Shown: positions 1 to 10,256, numbered from the stretch's first letter. The stretch is 64,000 nucleotides of DNA from an uncultured Candidatus Saccharibacteria bacterium (GCA_964446735.1 CAYUQB010000001.1:27892-91891), one strand, 5' to 3'. The notes: generated by a model not told the origin, from the sequence alone. Program-made: numbers and translations.

Positions 1-30
1 CCTTCTTTTCAGGTATAGTTATCTAACTTC

Positions 31-771
31 ATGCATATACTCATTCTTCAATCGCGTCGTCGTCCCGAAATGCTTGCACTCGAGCAGGGCGAATATACGC
101 GCGCGCTTGCGGGTACCGACGCCACTGCGTCGTTCATTTCCACTCTTGATCCCACGCAGGCATGGACCGAGCCCGCGCAACTCCTTACCGATATCGATGG
201 GGTCATCTTGGGGGGATCCGGGGAGTTCGATTTTGATGGAGGACGCGCCGACGATGATGACGCGCGGCGTATATCGCACGAGATCGTCGCTCGACTTAGT
301 GACCTACTTTCCTACATACACGAGCATCACGTACCACTGCTTGGCATCTGCTATGGGCATCAGATTGTGGCAGAGCATCAGGGCGTATCGGTGCGTAATG
401 ACCCGATGCAAAAGAAGGTTGGATCGTATCTTGTAACACTCACCGAAGCAGGGAAGAACGATCCATTCTTTGGCACCATGCCGGAGTCGTTCATGGCACA
501 GTACGGGCATAAGGATAGTCTGACAGCGCTCCCTCAAGGAGCAGAGCTACTGGCGACTGGTGCAGCATGCAAATTCAGTGCACTTCGCTATGGTCCTCTC
601 GCGTATACGGTGCAATTCCATCCAGAGCTCACGGCACAGGATGTAGAAACGAAACTGCGCCTTTCGCCGGGGTATCTCCCAGAGGATGCTGACACCGGAG
701 AGCTCATCAAACCGTCTCCTGAAGCATCGACGCTGATACCACGATTCATTGAGTTGATTCGGAGCCGATAA
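31..771 (+). CDS. class I glutamine amidotransferase-like protein
   Basis: 246-aa ORF with the GATase1 nucleophile context LLGICYGHQ and a later FHPE His/Glu motif. Confidence 0.6.
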   Translation: MHILILQSRRRPEMLALEQGEYTRALAGTDATASFISTLDPTQAWTEPAQLLTDIDGVILGGSGEFDFDGGRADDDDARRISHEIVARLSDLLSYIHEHHVPLLGICYGHQIVAEHQGVSVRNDPMQKKVGSYLVTLTEAGKNDPFFGTMPESFMAQYGHKDSLTALPQGAELLATGAACKFSALRYGPLAYTVQFHPELTAQDVETKLRLSPGYLPEDADTGELIKPSPEASTLIPRFIELIRSR

Positions 772-960
772 TCGTAGGGTGAGGCAACAAAATGACCCGC
801 AGGTGCGGGTCATTTTGCGTTCAGCGGATCTTCATCACCGTGGGGATAACGTGCGGCTAGGTGGGAGAGAGTGGCATATAATTCCATATTAGTGGGATGA
901 AGTGGGAAGGCCGTTTTTCTTCTTCTTTCCGGCCCTCTCTCCCTCCTGCAGACCCCTTAT

Positions 961-1395
961 ATGTTTATCGGTGAATACCGTCACACGTTCGACAGCAAGA
1001 ACCGTATATCGCTACCTGCCAAGTTTCGAAAGGAACTGGGTTCTTCAGTCATCGTGACGCGTGGTCTCGACCGATGTCTCTTTGTGTATCCCAAGGCTGC
1101 CTGGAAAAAACAGGCAGAACGGATTGCCATGCATTCAAGCGGAACCGCAGCAGGACGCGGACTCTCTCGCCTCATGCTCGCCGGTGCGGTTGAAGCCGAC
1201 GTAGATAGCGCCGGCCGCGTTCTTGTTCCCGATTACCTTCGTTCCTTCGCCTCGCTCAAGGAAAAGAGTGTGGTGGCGGGAGTGAATGATCGGGTCGAAG
1301 TATGGGATGAGAAAACATGGGCTTCCTACACTAAGTCCATCGAGCGCGATGCGGATGAGTTCGCCGAGCGTCTTGGCTCTTCAGGAGCTCTCTAG
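961..1395 (+). CDS. mraZ: transcriptional regulator MraZ
   Basis: 144 aa; duplicated MraZ signature (N-terminal FxGExxHTxDxKxRISLP); first gene of the dcw cluster, immediately upstream of rsmH. Confidence 0.9.
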   Translation: MFIGEYRHTFDSKNRISLPAKFRKELGSSVIVTRGLDRCLFVYPKAAWKKQAERIAMHSSGTAAGRGLSRLMLAGAVEADVDSAGRVLVPDYLRSFASLKEKSVVAGVNDRVEVWDEKTWASYTKSIERDADEFAERLGSSGAL

Positions 1396-1398
1396 TCT

Positions 1399-2346
1399 AT
1401 GTCTGAACGCCACGAGACCGTCCTTCTGCATGACGCCATCGAGGCACTTGCGGTACGTCCAGGAGACGTAGCAGTCGATGCAACTCTCGGAGCCGCAGGA
1501 CACTTCCGAGAGCTTCTCGTTGCAGTAGGGGAGCAGGGTACCGTGGTTGGCATCGATGCGGACGAGGCATCAATTGAGCGTGCTGCAGCCATCGCCAAAG
1601 AATTCCCGAATGGGCCAGTCACTCATCTGGTACATGACAACTTCCGTAATCTAGGACACATTCTCGACGAGCGCGGTATCGACTGCATCGATCGTGCACT
1701 CTTCGACCTCGGATGGAATACCTTTCAGCTTTCAGCTGGCAAAGGTTTCTCCTTCCGTACAGACGAACCACTCCTGATGACCTATGGCGACCCAGAGGAA
1801 GGACACAGCGCTGCTGATCTGGTGAACTCGCTTTCAGAGGAAGAGCTCGCCGACCTCATCTACACCTACGGCGAAGAGCGTTTTTCACGCAGTATCGCTC
1901 GATCAATCGTAGAAACCCGAAAGAGTGCCCGCATCCTCACTACCCGAGCACTCGCTGAAGCAGTAGAACGAGGTACTCCCGGCTGGTACCAGCACCGCCG
2001 CCTGCACCCTGCAACCAAAACATTCCAGGCACTGCGTATAGCTGCAAATGATGAGTTGGGTGCGCTCCGCGATGCATTGGTAGTTGCCTTTGAGCGACTG
2101 ACGCTCGGCGGGCGCATCGCCGTCATTTCCTTCCACAGTATTGAGGATCGAATCGTGAAGTCCGCGATGAAGGATGCTGCGTATGCCGGAAAGGGAAGCG
2201 TGGTGACCAAGAAGCCGCTCACACCGGGAGCGGAAGAACTCGCCCGGAATCCTCGTGCGCGCAGCGCAAAGCTCCGAGTCTTTGAGCGCTGCACCGCAGA
2301 TGGGGTCTGCATTACTAAACCAACGAGCATGCATCTCTATGTCTAA
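1399..2346 (+). CDS. rsmH: 16S rRNA (cytosine1402-N4)-methyltransferase RsmH (MraW)
   Basis: 315 aa; SAM-binding VDATLGAAGH motif; mraZ-rsmH synteny. Confidence 0.9.
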   Translation: MSERHETVLLHDAIEALAVRPGDVAVDATLGAAGHFRELLVAVGEQGTVVGIDADEASIERAAAIAKEFPNGPVTHLVHDNFRNLGHILDERGIDCIDRALFDLGWNTFQLSAGKGFSFRTDEPLLMTYGDPEEGHSAADLVNSLSEEELADLIYTYGEERFSRSIARSIVETRKSARILTTRALAEAVERGTPGWYQHRRLHPATKTFQALRIAANDELGALRDALVVAFERLTLGGRIAVISFHSIEDRIVKSAMKDAAYAGKGSVVTKKPLTPGAEELARNPRARSAKLRVFERCTADGVCITKPTSMHLYV

Positions 2347-2674
2347 TCGAAAGAACACACTACGCCACCGAATGGAGGCACTCGCCATTGCGATGCCCGA
2401 TCAGACTGCACAAGCACTCTCGTATGTAGCAGGCATCCTCTTTGTCTTCTATCTTGGCTTCGTCATTACGACGATCACCCTTGCTACGTTGCAAACGACT
2501 CTGTCCGCCGAAGTCCGCGAGACCGAGGGCCTTATTGCTGAACTCGAGCGCACTTACTACGACGCGCTTGCCCGAGAGCACATGACCCACCCGAGCGACG
2601 TTGGGCTCACTACGCCAACCGTTGTTGAGTACGCGGTAGAGCGCTCCTCACCCAGCGTTACGTTCGCACGCTAG
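2339..2674 (+). CDS. FtsL-like cell division protein (single TM helix + coiled coil)
   Basis: ATG overlaps the rsmH stop (ATGTCTAA); one hydrophobic helix then a coiled coil; lies between rsmH and ftsI as ftsL does; start ambiguous (alternative MEALA around 2374). Confidence 0.4.
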   Translation: MSNRKNTLRHRMEALAIAMPDQTAQALSYVAGILFVFYLGFVITTITLATLQTTLSAEVRETEGLIAELERTYYDALAREHMTHPSDVGLTTPTVVEYAVERSSPSVTFAR

Positions 2675-2680
2675 TCGGAT

Positions 2681-4411
2681 ATGCGTCGCGCGGTCAGGGT
2701 CCGGCTCCGTCTTATCTCGGCCGGCGTCGCGCTCATCGCGCTTCTCCTGATCACGCGCCTGTATTTCGTGCAAATCGTCCATGGACGGGACTTCTCACTG
2801 CGTGCTGATCGTCAGTATGTAAGTTCCAGCCAAGAGCTCTATGACCGCGGCAGTATCTACTTCACACGTAAGGACGGGACGCTGTTATCCGCAGCTTCTC
2901 TCGGGACGGGCTTCACCATTTCTATGCATCCATCAAAGCTCGAGAATCCTGAGAGTGTGTATGAGAAGATCAACGCGTTGGTGCCGATCGAGAAAGAAGC
3001 CTTCCTCACGTCTGCCGCAAAGTCCGAGGATCCGTACGAAGTAATCACCAAACGAGTTTCGGAAGATACCGGACGAGCCATCGATGCGCTCGATCTTCCA
3101 GGTATTACGGTGTCTCGTGAGCGTTGGCGTACCTATCCTGGAGAGACCCGCGCCGCACAGTCCATAGGATTTGTCGCCTATGACAATGACAACACCCTTG
3201 CCGGCCGATTCGGGCTTGAAAGCTACTACAACGATGTGCTCGATCGTAGCGCAGTCGGACTCTTCGGGAATTTCTTTGCCGAACTGTTCGCGAATCTCGA
3301 TAACGTCGTTGTGGACGCTCGTGCGTCACGACAGGGTGACATTGTCACTTCCATTGACCCTATCGTGCAGGAGAAGCTGGATCAGATTCTCATTGAAATC
3401 CAAACACAGTACGGAAGTACAGAAACCGGCGGCATCATTATGAATCCGGAAACCGGAGAGATCATTGCGCTTGATACCTATCCTTCCTTCGATGCGAACG
3501 ATTTCAGGAATGGCAATCCGGAGCATTTTGGAAACCCGCTGGTCGAGCACCAGTATGAGTTCGGTTCGATCATGAAGCCCATCACTATGGCAGCAGGACT
3601 TGATGCGGGAGTCATCGGACCCGATTCAACATACAACGACACGGGATGTATGACCGTGAACACCAGGACATTCTGCAACCATGACCTCAAAGCACGTGGG
3701 CCGGCAACTCCTATGCAAGAAGTGCTCTCCCAGTCACTTAACATCGGAGCAGCACATATTGCCACCAAGCTTGGTCACGAACGGTTCCGCACCTATTTCA
3801 AGAAGCTTGGATTCGGTACGGAAACGGGCATTGACCTGCCCAGTGAAGTATCGGGCAACATCCGCAACATCGAGACCAGTCCACGTGACATTGAATACAA
3901 CACCGCTTCCTTTGGACAAGGTATCGCTGAAACTCCGGTACAGATGATCAAAAGTCTCGGTGCACTCGCAAACGATGGGAAGGTCGTGACGCCCCATCTC
4001 GCTCGTGCCATTAAGCTTGAGAATGGGGTAACAAAAACACTGTCGTGGGATAAACCAGTTGAAGTGTTCAAACCGAAAGCGGTGGAGGATACAACCCGTA
4101 TGCTCGTGAAGGTTGTTGATACAAAACTTGCAGACGGGACACTCAAGATCCCGAACATGAGCGTTGCTGCAAAAACAGGAACCGCACAGGTGGCAGGATC
4201 GGGCGGGAAGTATGCTGAGGGGCGTTATTTCCACTCCTTTTTCGGGTATTTCCCGGCGTATGACCCGAAATACATCATTCTGCTCTACACCAAGGAACCG
4301 CAAGGAGTGCAGTATGCGTCCGAGACCCTTACGCGCCCCTTCATGGAGCTTACGCATTTCCTGATAAACTATTACGTCGTACCACCTGATCGGGCGGACA
4401 CGGCATCGTAA
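2681..4411 (+). CDS. ftsI: penicillin-binding protein, FtsI/PBP2-type transpeptidase
   Basis: 576 aa; N-terminal TM; SxxK (GSIMKP), SxN (SQSLN) and KTG (KTGTA) transpeptidase motifs. Confidence 0.85.
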   Translation: MRRAVRVRLRLISAGVALIALLLITRLYFVQIVHGRDFSLRADRQYVSSSQELYDRGSIYFTRKDGTLLSAASLGTGFTISMHPSKLENPESVYEKINALVPIEKEAFLTSAAKSEDPYEVITKRVSEDTGRAIDALDLPGITVSRERWRTYPGETRAAQSIGFVAYDNDNTLAGRFGLESYYNDVLDRSAVGLFGNFFAELFANLDNVVVDARASRQGDIVTSIDPIVQEKLDQILIEIQTQYGSTETGGIIMNPETGEIIALDTYPSFDANDFRNGNPEHFGNPLVEHQYEFGSIMKPITMAAGLDAGVIGPDSTYNDTGCMTVNTRTFCNHDLKARGPATPMQEVLSQSLNIGAAHIATKLGHERFRTYFKKLGFGTETGIDLPSEVSGNIRNIETSPRDIEYNTASFGQGIAETPVQMIKSLGALANDGKVVTPHLARAIKLENGVTKTLSWDKPVEVFKPKAVEDTTRMLVKVVDTKLADGTLKIPNMSVAAKTGTAQVAGSGGKYAEGRYFHSFFGYFPAYDPKYIILLYTKEPQGVQYASETLTRPFMELTHFLINYYVVPPDRADTAS

Positions 4412-4414
4412 TCC

Positions 4415-5704
4415 ATGAAAGCACTCCTCAAGGCTCCCATAGCAGGACTCCTCGCGCTATTGTCGCGCGCCATCATCAGAAAGTACCGACCCCAGGTCAT
4501 CATGATCACGGGAAGCGTGGGGAAGACGAGTGCAAAAGATGCGGTGGCCGCCATGCTTGCCGCTCATACGGAGGTCAGAGCGAGTGAGAAAAGCTACAAC
4601 AGTGAGTTTGGGGTGCCGTTCACTATCATTGGGGTCAAGAACCCGTGGATGAGTATTCCTGCATGGATACATGTCATTGATGAAGCACTTTCACTCATCT
4701 TCCTCTCACATCGCTATCCCAAGGCACTTGTGCTTGAAGTGGGTGCAGATCGACCCGGAGACCTTGCGCGCATTCTCCGCATTGCCATTCCTGACGCGGT
4801 TGTCGTGACACGGCTTCCCGATGTACCGGTGCATGTAGAAGCGTACGCGACTCCTGCAGCAGTACGCCAGGAAGAGTTCGCTCCCGCGTACGCTCTTTCC
4901 CCGGGGGCTCCGCTCATTTTACCGTCGCGCGATTCTCATGCGATTGAAATGGCAAAGAATACTGAAGCCATCGTTACTCGATTCGGATTCTCAAAGGATG
5001 CGGAAGTGCACCTAGCGGAACCAGAAGTTGAATATCTTGATGGGCACCCGGTAGGGATGGTGGCGACGGCGACGGTTTCAGGAAAGAAGCACGTACTTCA
5101 TGCCAAGGGTGCACTGGGACGTCCGCAGATACTGGCTCCTGCGGCAGCACTTGCGACTGCGGTCGCACTGTCTGTTCCGCTTGATGAAGCGCTTGCAGGA
5201 CTCGCGTCATATGCACCACCAGCCGGAAGAGGAAGATTGTTGAATGGCCTTCGCGGTTCTATGTTGGTTGATGAGTCGTATAACGCATCTCCCGCAGCGG
5301 TAGAGGAAGCACTCGTCGCACTTTCTTTGCTTACCCATGCACACCGCCGTATCGCGGTTCTTGGCGATATGCTAGAGCTTGGTCGGTACTCACGTCAGGA
5401 GCATGAGCGCATTGGGCGTCTTGCTGCAGAGCATGCACAACAACTGATCGCAGTGGGGAAGCGCTCACGAGTTATGGGGGATGCTGCCCGTGCTGCGGGC
5501 CTTGCCGAGTCCTCTGTTCACTGCTTCGATACCGCCGACCAGGCTGCTGAATATCTTGCGCTGGCAGTAGAAGCGGGAGACGTCATTTTGATTAAGGGGT
5601 CACAGTCTATGCGTACTGAACGCATTGTTGAGACGTTGCTAGCTGATCCGTCTGATTCTGTATATTTGGTACGCCAGGATCCCGAGTGGAAGCTGAAGAA
5701 ATAA
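4415..5704 (+). CDS. murF: Mur ligase family protein (MurF-like UDP-MurNAc-peptide ligase)
   Basis: 429 aa; P-loop MITGSVGKTS typical of Mur ligases; directly follows ftsI; the MurE/MurF assignment is by position only. Confidence 0.65.
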   Translation: MKALLKAPIAGLLALLSRAIIRKYRPQVIMITGSVGKTSAKDAVAAMLAAHTEVRASEKSYNSEFGVPFTIIGVKNPWMSIPAWIHVIDEALSLIFLSHRYPKALVLEVGADRPGDLARILRIAIPDAVVVTRLPDVPVHVEAYATPAAVRQEEFAPAYALSPGAPLILPSRDSHAIEMAKNTEAIVTRFGFSKDAEVHLAEPEVEYLDGHPVGMVATATVSGKKHVLHAKGALGRPQILAPAAALATAVALSVPLDEALAGLASYAPPAGRGRLLNGLRGSMLVDESYNASPAAVEEALVALSLLTHAHRRIAVLGDMLELGRYSRQEHERIGRLAAEHAQQLIAVGKRSRVMGDAARAAGLAESSVHCFDTADQAAEYLALAVEAGDVILIKGSQSMRTERIVETLLADPSDSVYLVRQDPEWKLKK

Positions 5705-5795
5705 TGTGGTGATCCACATTAGTCGTAACTGGAACCCCGTCGGTCTCAGAGCTGAGTGGGTGGTTAGTATTTGGGAGAGCGGTAGAAACAACATA

Positions 5796-5820
5796 GCTCC
5801 CTTACCGAAGGGTAGGGAGC
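5796..5820. terminator. imperfect GC hairpin between murF and the convergent small ORF
   Basis: GCTCCCTTACC-gaag-GGTAGGGAGC (one bulge); no clear U-tract, so a weak or bidirectional terminator at best. Confidence 0.3.
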
Positions 5821-5850
5821 TCCCGGGACTAATCGGGCTAAGTCAGTAGA

Positions 5851-6120
5851 TCAGCGGCAGCTGGCCAGGTCGTCGCGGAGCCACTTCCGCAGATCGGTTT
5901 TCAACGTCTCCTCGCCTAGACTGACGATGACGTTGGGAACTTGCTCCCAGAAGGAGTCGTCCTCGGCGATACGTTGACCGATGTCGAGGAGCTGGCCGCA
6001 GGTGGTCTGCAGAAGCGCTTCCATGCTCATGCCGATCGGTGGCTGAGTCCCGGTTTGTTCGAGAAATTCAAGGTGCTCGTACACACCGCGGCACTTCATG
6101 GAATTGACGTTTTTCCACAT
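5851..6120 (-). CDS. hypothetical small protein (GC-rich)
   Basis: ORF 5851..6159 starts with TTG; internal ATG (MWKNV) at 6120 preceded by AGGAAAccgaaag; GC-rich relative to murF; no recognisable motif. Confidence 0.3.
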   Translation of the reverse strand: MWKNVNSMKCRGVYEHLEFLEQTGTQPPIGMSMEALLQTTCGQLLDIGQRIAEDDSFWEQVPNVIVSLGEETLKTDLRKWLRDDLASCR

Positions 6121-6201
6121 CTTTCGGTTTCCTAACGTAAAGGCATAATTGCCAGACAAGCTAGATAGTTTATAGCACTATATTATTGAAAAGTCAATTT
6201 G

Positions 6202-6273
6202 TGACCCTACGGGGATTCGAACCCCGATTCCCGCCGTGAGAGGGCGGTGTCCTAACCATTAGACGATAGGGCC
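6202..6273 (-). tRNA. tRNA-Glu (anticodon CUC)
   Basis: Minus-strand cloverleaf read directly: acceptor GGCCCTA/TAGGGTC, D-arm GTCT-AATGGTT-AGGAC, anticodon stem CCGCC/GGCGG with loop CTCTCAC, T-arm CGGGG-TTCGAAT-CCCCG, discriminator A; CCA not encoded. Confidence 0.8.
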
Positions 6274-6359
6274 AAGTGTTGTGTTTTATAACACGGTACT
6301 AGACAAACGAAAACCGCCCGGCAGGGTCGAGCGGTCTTCGCTCGCCCCGCGTGGGCGGG

Positions 6360-6569
6360 TCATTCGCGCACATGCGCGGCTTGCATGCGTGCACTGCCGC
6401 TCTCGAGGTTCACCGTGACGTAGAACTGGTACTCGCCGACCGCACCAGGAACTGCCGAGAACCGCAGCTCCTTGCAAGCGGCCGAAACGGTCGTACCACC
6501 ACCTTCTCCATCGATGAACTCGAGGATGCAGGCACTCGCCTGACGGGCCGCATGTTTGATATCGGTCAT
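6360..6569 (-). CDS. small protein of unknown function, 'MTDIK' family (copy A)
   Basis: 69 aa from ATG preceded by AGGAGAAccgact; GC-rich; begins ATGACCGATATCAAA, like the ORF at 22708..22971; 25 nt downstream of truB and 87 nt upstream of tRNA-Glu. Confidence 0.5.
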   Translation of the reverse strand: MTDIKHAARQASACILEFIDGEGGGTTVSAACKELRFSAVPGAVGEYQFYVTVNLESGSARMQAAHVRE

Positions 6570-6594
6570 AGTCGGTTCTCCTAGCCTGCTATGA

Positions 6595-7389
6595 CTATAG
6601 GGAATTGAGTCCGAAAGGCAATGTTCTAATACCGCATATCTTGTTTCGGTGTATGGAAAGGGCGAGTGCCCTCGTATCGAGCGCTTCGCCGATGCGTGCA
6701 GCCAGTGCACGCATATAGGTTCCTGAACCACATCGCACGGTGAGTTTTAGAACGGTATAGTCTCGAGCACCAAGTAAGATAGGTTGCCAGCTATTACGCA
6801 CATCATGAATACGAAAATCGGCACCGAGTTCTTTAGAAGGTTCGTCACTTCGAGGTGCTAGCGAGAGGAGGGAAGTGATGCGCTCAAACAGTTCAGGAGT
6901 CGAGAGGGTATAGGCACCTCGGTAGCGGATAGAACGGATACGTTCCATATGAGTTGGTATCTCGATAGTGTCGAGTGATCCTTCGAGTGCATGAAGGAAT
7001 AGTGGTTTTCCTGCCACTGGTTTAGAGGAAAAGATTGGATAGGGACGAGGGTGCTCACCGAGTTCCTGCGTTAGTACGCGTTGTATCTCGCGCACATCAG
7101 GATGTGTGTCTGATTCTGCCGCCTCGACGATACCAAGCACATCACCCGTATCACTTCCAATATCAAGCAACACCTCAATTCGATACTCCTTATCAAGTTC
7201 TGTGTACTCTTTTTGACGTTTACATTCATCTCCGAACAGAATCAGCAGCTTTCCAGAAGCCATAGGGTCAAGCCGCCCTGCATAACTTGCGGCGACCGTA
7301 CGGTATGCAGGGTGACCGTCCCTCCAACGCGTGAGTGCTTCCAGAGGTGTCTCGCCAACTCGTTTCTCAAGTAGGATGCGACGGCGCAT
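6595..7389 (-). CDS. truB: tRNA pseudouridine(55) synthase TruB
   Basis: 264 aa; TruB catalytic region GRLDPMASGKLL (Asp nucleophile). Confidence 0.9.
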   Translation of the reverse strand: MRRRILLEKRVGETPLEALTRWRDGHPAYRTVAASYAGRLDPMASGKLLILFGDECKRQKEYTELDKEYRIEVLLDIGSDTGDVLGIVEAAESDTHPDVREIQRVLTQELGEHPRPYPIFSSKPVAGKPLFLHALEGSLDTIEIPTHMERIRSIRYRGAYTLSTPELFERITSLLSLAPRSDEPSKELGADFRIHDVRNSWQPILLGARDYTVLKLTVRCGSGTYMRALAARIGEALDTRALALSIHRNKICGIRTLPFGLNSL

Positions 7390-7451
7390 ACCTCTACTGT
7401 ACCTGAATGAGTTCCGCCCCGCGATGCGTTCTGCATCGGGGGCGGGAATCT

Positions 7452-7766
7452 TCAGGAAAGGAGCGGGTGGGCGACGTTCGTGCGAAAGCCCAAGAAGAGG
7501 AGCAGGAGCGAACGCAGGTCATATGCCTGTTTCCGTGCGCTCTCAGCGCCGTGTGCGACGATCGACTTCTTGATCCGCATGCCATTGTCGTCGAGGCGCT
7601 CTATGTCGAGTGTACCCCTACAACGACGTTGGAGCTTATCGAGCGCAACGATCGGCACGTTCGCACCGATGCCATCGGGGAACGTCCCCTCGAGCGTATA
7701 GCCCCATCCAGGAGGTACGTCCTCGTCCTTTCTGAAGGTTATGGTGCCGTGTAAGAACCGAATCAT
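7452..7766 (-). CDS. hypothetical protein
   Basis: ATG (MIRFLHG) preceded by a strong GGAGG SD at 6-nt spacing; co-directional with truB and the yqeY-like gene; the overlapping plus-strand ORF 7407..7754 has no SD. Confidence 0.35.
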   Translation of the reverse strand: MIRFLHGTITFRKDEDVPPGWGYTLEGTFPDGIGANVPIVALDKLQRRCRGTLDIERLDDNGMRIKKSIVAHGAESARKQAYDLRSLLLLFLGFRTNVAHPLLS

Positions 7767-7852
7767 GTGGAGCCTCCGAATCAATGAGGGCCCCACCATC
7801 ACTGGAGGCCAGTATGCCACACGGCTATGAAAATTGAAGGAAGGTCAGTCTC

Positions 7853-8308
7853 TTAGGAGAGCAGTGAATCGACAACTGCTTTCACCTCGGCACCGTCAGC
7901 ACGACCCTTAAGGTCCTGCATTAGTGCACCAATGAACTTTCCGGCTCCTGCTTTATCCGTAACGTTAAGCTCGGCCATCTTGGCCCGTACTATGTGCTCA
8001 ATCTCCTCGCGTGAGAGTTGGGGAGGAAGGAGTGATTCAATGACCGCAAGTTCTTGTTGTTCTTGGATGACCAATTCCTCTCGTCCCGCTTTCTCGAACT
8101 GTTCGATGGAATCCTTACGTTGGTTAACTCCACGCCGAAGTACGGCGAGTGCCTCTTCGTCCGTAAGGAGTTCGTCGGGCTTACGCTTCTTTGCAACCAC
8201 TTCGTTAGTCATGGCGGCTGAAAGGGAACGGAACGTGCGAAGCTTCACTTCGTCCTTAGCCTTCAACGCCTCAGGAATACCTGCTTTGATCGTCTCGTGA
8301 ATGCTCAT
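7853..8308 (-). CDS. GatB/YqeY domain-containing protein
   Basis: About 150 aa from MSIHETIKAGIPEALKAKD; typical YqeY-like sequence; the upstream part of the listed ORF 7853..8503 is basic, low-complexity read-through. Confidence 0.7.
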   Translation of the reverse strand: MSIHETIKAGIPEALKAKDEVKLRTFRSLSAAMTNEVVAKKRKPDELLTDEEALAVLRRGVNQRKDSIEQFEKAGREELVIQEQQELAVIESLLPPQLSREEIEHIVRAKMAELNVTDKAGAGKFIGALMQDLKGRADGAEVKAVVDSLLS

Positions 8309-8309
8309 A

Positions 8310-8582
8310 CTAGGCACGCTTGGGCTGAATTTCGTAATTCTTGTGCAAATGGATGAGATCCTTACGGAAGTCTTCCACAACCTTCGCTTCAACGGGCGCA
8401 AGCGTGAGCGAGCCGGTCTCGCATTCACGCATGCCTTCCTCAAGAAAGCCGAGCACCGTTGCCAGAAGTGGGAAATAATCCCCAGACTCGATATGGAACT
8501 CAAGCTGCTTCAAACGCTCGGGATTCCCAGATGTGTCTTCAAGACATTCGTACGGTGTGGCAAATGCATCAGATACACTCAT
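8310..8582 (-). CDS. hypothetical protein
   Basis: 90-aa ORF whose stop abuts the yqeY-like start; acidic; no recognisable motif; weak SD. Confidence 0.3.
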   Translation of the reverse strand: MSVSDAFATPYECLEDTSGNPERLKQLEFHIESGDYFPLLATVLGFLEEGMRECETGSLTLAPVEAKVVEDFRKDLIHLHKNYEIQPKRA

Positions 8583-8614
8583 ATCCCGTACGCACGTCGC
8601 GGTATACTGCCCGC

Positions 8615-9661
8615 ATGGATCTGTTCACCATCGCACTCATCTTACTTGCCCTCCTCTTTGTACAGGGCATAGGCCTCTATCTCATCTTGCGTAGGAAAGA
8701 AGAATCGAGCGTCGATGGCGCAGCGCCGCTCCTCATGCAGCGACTTGAGAGCCTTGAGCGCTCGCTTGATTCGCGCATGGCCGAATCCTCACGTCAGGTA
8801 CACGAGACCGTGCGGGTCCAGCTCGGGGAGTCGTCTCGTCTTATAAAGGAGATTACGGAAGAGATCACATCGGTAAAGGAGATTGGCCGACAGACCCAGT
8901 CATTCGCTGAACAACTTCAGAGTCTCCAGGACATTTTGAAGAATCCCAAACAGCGGGGCGTACTCGGTGAATACTTCCTCGAGACGGTGCTACGCAATGT
9001 GCTTCCTCCGGGCATGTACCAAATGCAGTATGGATTTGATAACGGTGAAATCGTTGACGCGGTGGTATTTGTAAATGAAAAGGTGGTACCCATCGATTCC
9101 AAGTTCTCACTCGAAAATTACAACCGTCTCGTGCATGCCGAGCCGGCTGAACGCCCGGCACTCGAAAAAGCATTTGTAAATGACCTCAAGCTTCGCATCA
9201 CTGAGACCGCTAAATACATCCGACCGGAGCAGGGAACCATGGACTTCGCATTCATGTTCATACCCTCTGAAGGCATCTACTACGATCTCCTTACGAATCA
9301 AGTGGGAGCAGGGGAGGATGAGAACCTTATCCAGCGCGCGGCTTCTAAGAATAAAGTCATCATCGTCTCACCCACTTCATTCTTGGCATATCTTCAAACC
9401 GTACTTCAGGGACTCAAGGCACTTCAGATCGAACAAAAGGCAGTCGAGATCCAAAAGCGAGTGGGTGAGCTTGGGAAGCATATTGGTAGCTATGAAGATT
9501 ACTACCGAAAGCTTGGCACTGCGCTTGGTACCGCCGTTTCTCATTACAATAGTGGGTATAAGGAGCTGGGGAAGATCGATAAGGACGTGTATCGGATTGC
9601 AGAGAGCAGGATTGGCATTGAGCAAGAGCTACTTGAGAAGCCTGCGCAGATCATTGACTAA
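8615..9661 (+). CDS. rmuC: DNA recombination protein RmuC
   Basis: Starts at MDLFTIALILLALLF (N-terminal TM), then a long coiled coil and a conserved C-terminal RmuC region (FMFIPSEGIYYDLL, VIIVSPTSFLAYLQTV). Confidence 0.8.
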   Translation: MDLFTIALILLALLFVQGIGLYLILRRKEESSVDGAAPLLMQRLESLERSLDSRMAESSRQVHETVRVQLGESSRLIKEITEEITSVKEIGRQTQSFAEQLQSLQDILKNPKQRGVLGEYFLETVLRNVLPPGMYQMQYGFDNGEIVDAVVFVNEKVVPIDSKFSLENYNRLVHAEPAERPALEKAFVNDLKLRITETAKYIRPEQGTMDFAFMFIPSEGIYYDLLTNQVGAGEDENLIQRAASKNKVIIVSPTSFLAYLQTVLQGLKALQIEQKAVEIQKRVGELGKHIGSYEDYYRKLGTALGTAVSHYNSGYKELGKIDKDVYRIAESRIGIEQELLEKPAQIID

Positions 9662-9711
9662 TTTAAAAGTTCTGCCATAGTCTCATCCAGGATCCTGGCA
9701 CCAACGCCGGG

Positions 9712-10161
9712 ATGAGGAGAGATCACATGACTACGATTCGTCGAATGATGGGCGTTGCCATCCTGTTCATCTGCATCCTGTTCATCCCTCTCACCTTTCT
9801 CCTGCCCGACAGTGGGTCAGGCGACGGGTCTGAGGGAGGACCGGCCACCTACATCGCCGCCGCCGCCGTCATGGTCCTCGTATGGGTCGTCGGCTCGGCC
9901 TTCTACGGCTGGAAGCTGCTCAGGGAGGGCAGGCCGCGACGGCTACTGGCCGTCACCCTGGTAGCCCTCGAGGCCATCATGGTGTACCTGGTGTACATGG
10001 ACACGCAGGTGCGTCCGCACTACGAGCCCGCCCCGTGGCCGGGATATCTCGAGCGCTACGGCCTGATGCTCTTCCGTGGCATGCCCATCTTGATGCTTCT
10101 CGACCTGTTCCTGCCGCCCTGGTCGTTCAGACCGGGGCGTAGGGTGCCTGGCAGTACGTAG
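9712..10161 (+). CDS. hypothetical integral membrane protein (GC-rich island)
   Basis: 149 aa with 3-4 predicted TM helices; about 65% GC, clearly above its neighbours. Confidence 0.5.
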   Translation: MRRDHMTTIRRMMGVAILFICILFIPLTFLLPDSGSGDGSEGGPATYIAAAAVMVLVWVVGSAFYGWKLLREGRPRRLLAVTLVALEAIMVYLVYMDTQVRPHYEPAPWPGYLERYGLMLFRGMPILMLLDLFLPPWSFRPGRRVPGST

Positions 10162-10169
10162 GGCACCGA

Positions 10170-10197
10170 GGGCCGACCACACTTCCGTGGTCGGCCC
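10170..10197 (+). terminator. GC hairpin after the membrane-protein gene
   Basis: GGGCCGACCAC-acttcc-GTGGTCGGCCC, an 11-bp perfect stem; followed by cctcgcgttta (poor U-tract). Confidence 0.4.
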
Positions 10198-10256
10198 CCT
10201 CGCGTTTATAGTAGAAGTAGCGTTCGCGCTGTTTCTTGTATCCCGAGGAAAGTGCC

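Noticed and set aside
5796-5820. Strong terminator after murF
   Set aside because: The hairpin has a bulge and no U-tract. Kept only as a low-confidence feature.
7407-7754. Plus-strand ORF in the truB-yqeY intergenic region
   Set aside because: The overlapping minus-strand ORF has a strong GGAGG SD and matches the operon direction. The plus-strand ORF has neither.
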